A stretch of 64,000 bases of DNA from Pseudomonadota bacterium. GTDB taxonomy: Bacteria > Pseudomonadota > Gammaproteobacteria > Burkholderiales > Methylophilaceae. This document shows positions 60,323-64,000 of the stretch, piece by piece. The number at the start of each line of letters is the position of its first letter. Positions within the stretch are counted from its first letter, which is position 1. The notes under the pieces are model-generated. The model was not told the origin of the DNA. It saw nothing but the letters and a program-made list of their open reading frames with translations, and searched no databases. The DNA is taken from NCBI GenBank assembly GCA_041172285.1, contig JBEDKJ010000021.1, positions 5,093 through 69,092 on the forward strand. Direction: 5' to 3'. The position numbers and the translations under genes were made by a program.

Positions 60323-60991
60323 ATGAAACAAAACTTGGCCCTGTTCGATTTAGATAACACCTTGCTGGCTGGCGACAGCGACTACAACTGGAGCTTGTTT
60401 TTAATTAAGCAGGGCTTGTTGGATGAAAAAACCCACCACGAACGCAACGAGCAGTTTTACTTGGATTATAAAAATGGCAACTTGGACATCTACAAGTTTT
60501 TAGCCTTTCAATTAAAGCCCTTGTCGGAACACAGCGTGGCCGATTTAAACGCCTTGCATGCTAAGTACATGGACACGGTAATTCGGCCCATGATGACAAA
60601 AAAGGCCCAGGATTTGGTTAATCAACATAAGGCCCAAGGGGATTTGTGTTTGGTGATTACTGCCACCAACAGCTTTGTCACCAAGCCCATTGCGCAAGCT
60701 TACGGTATAGCGCATTTGATTGGTACCGACCCGGAAATGGCCAATGGCGCATACACCGGCGGCGTGGCCGGGGTGCCGAGTTTTCAAGAAGGCAAGGTGA
60801 CGCGCTTACAGCAATGGTTGGCCGAGCGCGGTCAGGTGTTGGCGGATTTTGAACGGAGTTATTTTTACAGCGATTCGCACAATGACTTGCCCTTAATGAA
60901 GCTGGTGACCCACCCGGTGGCAGTGGATGCCGATGCCAAGTTGACGGACTACGCGCAGCAACACGGTTGGCCGCAGATCAGCTTGCGCTAG
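60323..60991 (+). CDS. HAD-IB family hydrolase (possible histidinol-phosphatase)
   Basis: FDLDNTL, ITATN, GKV, YSDSHNDLP. Confidence 0.85.
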   Translation: MKQNLALFDLDNTLLAGDSDYNWSLFLIKQGLLDEKTHHERNEQFYLDYKNGNLDIYKFLAFQLKPLSEHSVADLNALHAKYMDTVIRPMMTKKAQDLVNQHKAQGDLCLVITATNSFVTKPIAQAYGIAHLIGTDPEMANGAYTGGVAGVPSFQEGKVTRLQQWLAERGQVLADFERSYFYSDSHNDLPLMKLVTHPVAVDADAKLTDYAQQHGWPQISLR

Positions 60992-60993
60992 GT

Positions 60994-61812
60994 TTAGCGA
61001 CCAAGCAAGACTTGCAGTATGAATTTGCTGCCTAGGTAGGCCAGCAATAACAGCGCAAAGCCAGCCAATGTCCAGCGTATGGCTTTCATGCCGCGCCAGC
61101 CGTAGCGAACGCGGCCAAACAGCAGGGCGGCGTAAATGACCCAGCTGGCAATGGAAAACACAGACTTGTGATTGAACTGCAAAGGCTGGCCAAAAATTTC
61201 TTCAGAAAACAGCATGCCGCTCAACAGCGTGATGGTCAGTAAAACAAAGCCCATGCTGATGATTTGAAATAACAAGGCTTCCATGACCATTAAGGGTGGA
61301 AAATTAGGCAGGCGCAGCAAATTGGCTTTGTTGTGCAAGCTGCGTTCCGCAAACAGCATCAGTAGGGCGTGCAAGGTGGCGAAGGTGAATAAGCTGTAAG
61401 CGAGCAAGGCAATGGCAATGTGTGCTAAAAATAAAGCCGATTCGCCGTTAGGGTAGGTGTGGTCTGCCACCATGTAAGCCGGCAACACGGCAAACACGGC
61501 CGCTTGCGGCAAAATAAAGGCTTGCAAGCCGGCTAAATTGTGTTTGCGATCGGCCCAACCGTAGATCAATACGGTTAACCAAGCAATCAAGGACAGCACA
61601 TTAAAAAAACCTAAATTTAGGCCGTGGGAAAAGGTCACTTGGTATAACAGCCAGGCGTGGATCAACAAACCCAAAGCCAGCAGGCCGGAGCGCAAACTGG
61701 CGCTGGATTGGGCTAACAAGGGTTGAGCGCTGACCCGAAAGTTGCTGGCCACCGCTAGGTAGATCAGCACCAAGGCCAAATAGGGCAGGCTTTTTTGTAA
61801 GAGATCAGTCAT
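60994..61812 (-). CDS. CcsA-like inner membrane protein (YpjD family)
   Basis: HIAIALLAYS, PPLMVME, HKSVFS, GWRG, LAYLGSKF; divergent from ffh. Confidence 0.88.
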   Translation of the reverse strand: MTDLLQKSLPYLALVLIYLAVASNFRVSAQPLLAQSSASLRSGLLALGLLIHAWLLYQVTFSHGLNLGFFNVLSLIAWLTVLIYGWADRKHNLAGLQAFILPQAAVFAVLPAYMVADHTYPNGESALFLAHIAIALLAYSLFTFATLHALLMLFAERSLHNKANLLRLPNFPPLMVMEALLFQIISMGFVLLTITLLSGMLFSEEIFGQPLQFNHKSVFSIASWVIYAALLFGRVRYGWRGMKAIRWTLAGFALLLLAYLGSKFILQVLLGR

Positions 61813-61893
61813 AACGTAATTATGGCGCAAATATGCGGTAAATATAATAGCTTGATGTAAAATCGCAAACTAAATGACTTGTTAGAGTAGACC

Positions 61894-63258
61894 ATGCTAG
61901 AAAACTTGACCGACCGCCTGCAGGGCGTCATTAAAAACTTACGTGGCCAAGCCAGGCTAAGCGAAGAAAATATCAGCGACGCCATGCGTGAAGTGCGCAT
62001 GGCATTGCTGGAAGCCGACGTGGCCTTGCCGGTGGTGAAAGACTTTATCGTGCAAGTTAAGCAACGTGCGCAAGGCCAAGAAGTGCTGCAAAGCCTCACG
62101 CCTGGCCAAGCCGTCATACAAGTGGTGCACGATGAATTAACCGCCTTGATGGGCAAGGCTAACGTGGCCTTGAATTTGGCGGCGGTGCCGCCCGCCGTTA
62201 TTTTAATGGCCGGCTTACAAGGGTCGGGTAAAACCACCACCTCCGCTAAATTAGCTAAATTATTAAAAGAACAGAAAAAGAAAGTCTTACTGGCCAGCGC
62301 CGACGTTTACAGGCCGGCGGCGATTGCCCAATTAAAAACCTTGGCCCAGCAATTGGACGTGGCATGCTTTGATAGCAACGCCAGCCAAAAACCGCTGGAC
62401 ATTGCCAACGCCACCTTGGATTTTGCAAAGCGTGGTTATTACGACGTGGTCATCTTTGATACGGCCGGTCGTTTAGGCATCGATGAAGCGATGATGGCTG
62501 AAATTCAAGCCTTGCACACACAGCTTAAACCTGTTGAAACCCTCTTCGTGGTCGATGCCATGCAAGGCCAAGACGCGGTCAATACCGCTAAGGCTTTCGG
62601 CGACGCCTTGCCTTTAACCGGCGTGGTGCTGACTAAACTAGACGGCGATTCTCGCGGTGGGGCGGCATTGTCGGTGCGCCACGTTACCGGTAAACCGATT
62701 AAATTCATCGGTGTCAGCGAAAAAGGAGACGGCCTGGAGCCTTTCCATCCTGAGCGCATGGCCTCGCGTATCTTAGGCATGGGCGACGTGCTAAGCTTGA
62801 TTGAGCAAGCGCATAAAAATGTCGACTTAGCCGAAGCGCAAAAGCTGGCCGATAAAGTTAAAGCCGGAAAAAACTTTGACCTAGACGATTTTAAAATGCA
62901 AATGTCGCAAATGCGCAAAATGGGCGGCATGGGCGCCTTGATGGACAAGATGCCTAGCCAAATGGCTGGCATGGCAGCCAAGATGGACCCCAACGATGCC
63001 GATAAAGCCTTGCGCCGTATAGAAGGCATCATCAACAGCATGACACCGCTGGAGCGCCGCAAACCCGAGCTGATTAAAGCCACGCGCAAAAAACGCATAG
63101 CCGATGGCAGTGGTGTGCAAGTGCAAGAGGTGAACCGCTTGCTTAAGCAGTTTGAAGAAACGCAAAAAATGATGAAAATGTTTGCCAAAGGCGGCATGGC
63201 CAAAATGATGCGCAGCATGGGCAGCCTAATGGGCGGTAAAATGCCAGGCATGCGCTAA
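61894..63258 (+). CDS. ffh: Signal recognition particle protein
   Basis: GLQGSGKTT, DTAGR, TKLDGD, Met-rich M domain. Confidence 0.98.
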   Translation: MLENLTDRLQGVIKNLRGQARLSEENISDAMREVRMALLEADVALPVVKDFIVQVKQRAQGQEVLQSLTPGQAVIQVVHDELTALMGKANVALNLAAVPPAVILMAGLQGSGKTTTSAKLAKLLKEQKKKVLLASADVYRPAAIAQLKTLAQQLDVACFDSNASQKPLDIANATLDFAKRGYYDVVIFDTAGRLGIDEAMMAEIQALHTQLKPVETLFVVDAMQGQDAVNTAKAFGDALPLTGVVLTKLDGDSRGGAALSVRHVTGKPIKFIGVSEKGDGLEPFHPERMASRILGMGDVLSLIEQAHKNVDLAEAQKLADKVKAGKNFDLDDFKMQMSQMRKMGGMGALMDKMPSQMAGMAAKMDPNDADKALRRIEGIINSMTPLERRKPELIKATRKKRIADGSGVQVQEVNRLLKQFEETQKMMKMFAKGGMAKMMRSMGSLMGGKMPGMR

Positions 63259-63339
63259 GGCCTAAAGACAGCTAGCTAAGATTCGCATTTAGTTCCCGAA
63301 GTTAGCTTAGAAAAACTTCATTTATTTCTTAGTTATCCG

Positions 63340-63375
63340 TTGACCTCTGTTGTAGTTTCTAGCATAATTGCGCCC
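63340..63375 (+). promoter_or_regulatory. sigma70 promoter of tRNA-Lys with GC-rich discriminator
   Basis: TTGACC-17 nt-CATAAT-TGCGCCC. Confidence 0.7.
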
Positions 63376-63441
63376 TTTCGTGAGTGATGCAAATCAGTTC
63401 CTGAAAATAAGTTAAGTAAAGAAATACCCATTGCTTTAAAT

Positions 63442-63517
63442 GGGGCGTTAGCTCAGCTGGTAGAGCAGCGGACTTTTAATCCGTTTGTCGTGGGTTCGAT
63501 CCCCGCACGCCCTACCA
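63442..63517 (+). tRNA. tRNA-Lys(TTT)
   Basis: GGGGCGT acceptor, AGCTCAGCTGGTAGAGC D arm, GCGGA-CT-TTT-AA-TCCGT, GGTTCGATCC, ACGCCCT-A-CCA; 76 nt. Confidence 0.97.
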
Positions 63518-63523
63518 ATATCC

Positions 63524-63560
63524 AAGCGGCTTCTAGGGCATCAATCCTAGAAGCCGTTTT
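63524..63560 (+). terminator. Rho-independent terminator of tRNA-Lys
   Basis: GCGGCTTCTAGG-loop-CCTAGAAGCCGT-TTT. Confidence 0.8.
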
Positions 63561-63804
63561 CAATTTTAGTCTCACGGCCTTCGTCTAGACTAGGCATACA
63601 TCACCCGGCAGCCAACATCCGAGAGTCATCATCCGACCTCAATTCAGCAGCATATACGCAAGCCTACATTGCATAACAAGAGGATCCGTGTGGGGAAAAA
63701 ACAATCCATTCGATTGCCTATTGAAAAAGACTGCAGTCTTGGCCGGGCGATTGACTTGATTGTGTTAGTATTAATGTATACTAAGGGATAGTAAAAGGGC
63801 CGAC

Positions 63805-63996
63805 ATGAGAAAAGTATTTGCAAAAATTAGTTTTTCATTATCAATCTTGGCCACACTTTGGTTATTTTTTGGGATATTTAAAATAGTCCCATTTATGGTC
63901 AAAATTCATGGCGAAACGGATTTAAGAGCACACGCATCACTGGCCGTTTTTTTCCTGGCCTGTGCTACTTGGGGATTTTGGAAAGACGATCATTAA
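63805..63996 (+). CDS. Small hypothetical membrane protein (2 TM)
   Basis: 63 aa, two hydrophobic segments, AAGGG upstream, AT-rich; no family recognised. Confidence 0.55.
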   Translation: MRKVFAKISFSLSILATLWLFFGIFKIVPFMVKIHGETDLRAHASLAVFFLACATWGFWKDDH

Positions 63997-64000
63997 CAGC

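Noticed and set aside
62505-63251. 248-aa minus-strand ORF
   Set aside because: Antisense shadow of ffh.

Overview
A roughly 50% GC betaproteobacterial chromosome segment. Gene content, gene order and protein sequences point to Methylophilaceae (Methylotenera-like); this is an inference. About 60 kb is tightly packed core genome: lysC, alaS, recA/recX, thiL, mog, pmbA, photolyase, panBCD, pcnB, murI, ilvE, hppA, secA, nth, rnfABCDGE, dapA-bamC, pyrD, clpSA, tgt-yajC-secDF, pssA-leuA and ffh. It is bracketed by two outward-facing tRNAs, tRNA-Ser(GCT) at 3.0 kb and tRNA-Lys(TTT) at 63.4 kb, whose 3' flanks hold accessory-looking genes. I see no CRISPR array, integrase, transposase, prophage or clear pseudogene, and no evidence for a new multi-gene system. 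The best leads are small elements, some missing from the ORF track: (i) a structured leader upstream of the membrane pyrophosphatase hppA that resembles the Na+-sensing DUF1646 riboswitch and carries an anti-Shine-Dalgarno, preceded by a second structured module; (ii) a near-leaderless 39-codon Leu-rich leader peptide upstream of leuA with no classical terminator; (iii) a lipoprotein resembling Neisseria H.8/Lip; (iv) a candidate sRNA or attenuator upstream of rnfA; (v) a C-terminal cysteine pair on a large exoprotein truncated by the window edge. All family assignments come from motif recognition by eye; no searches were run.
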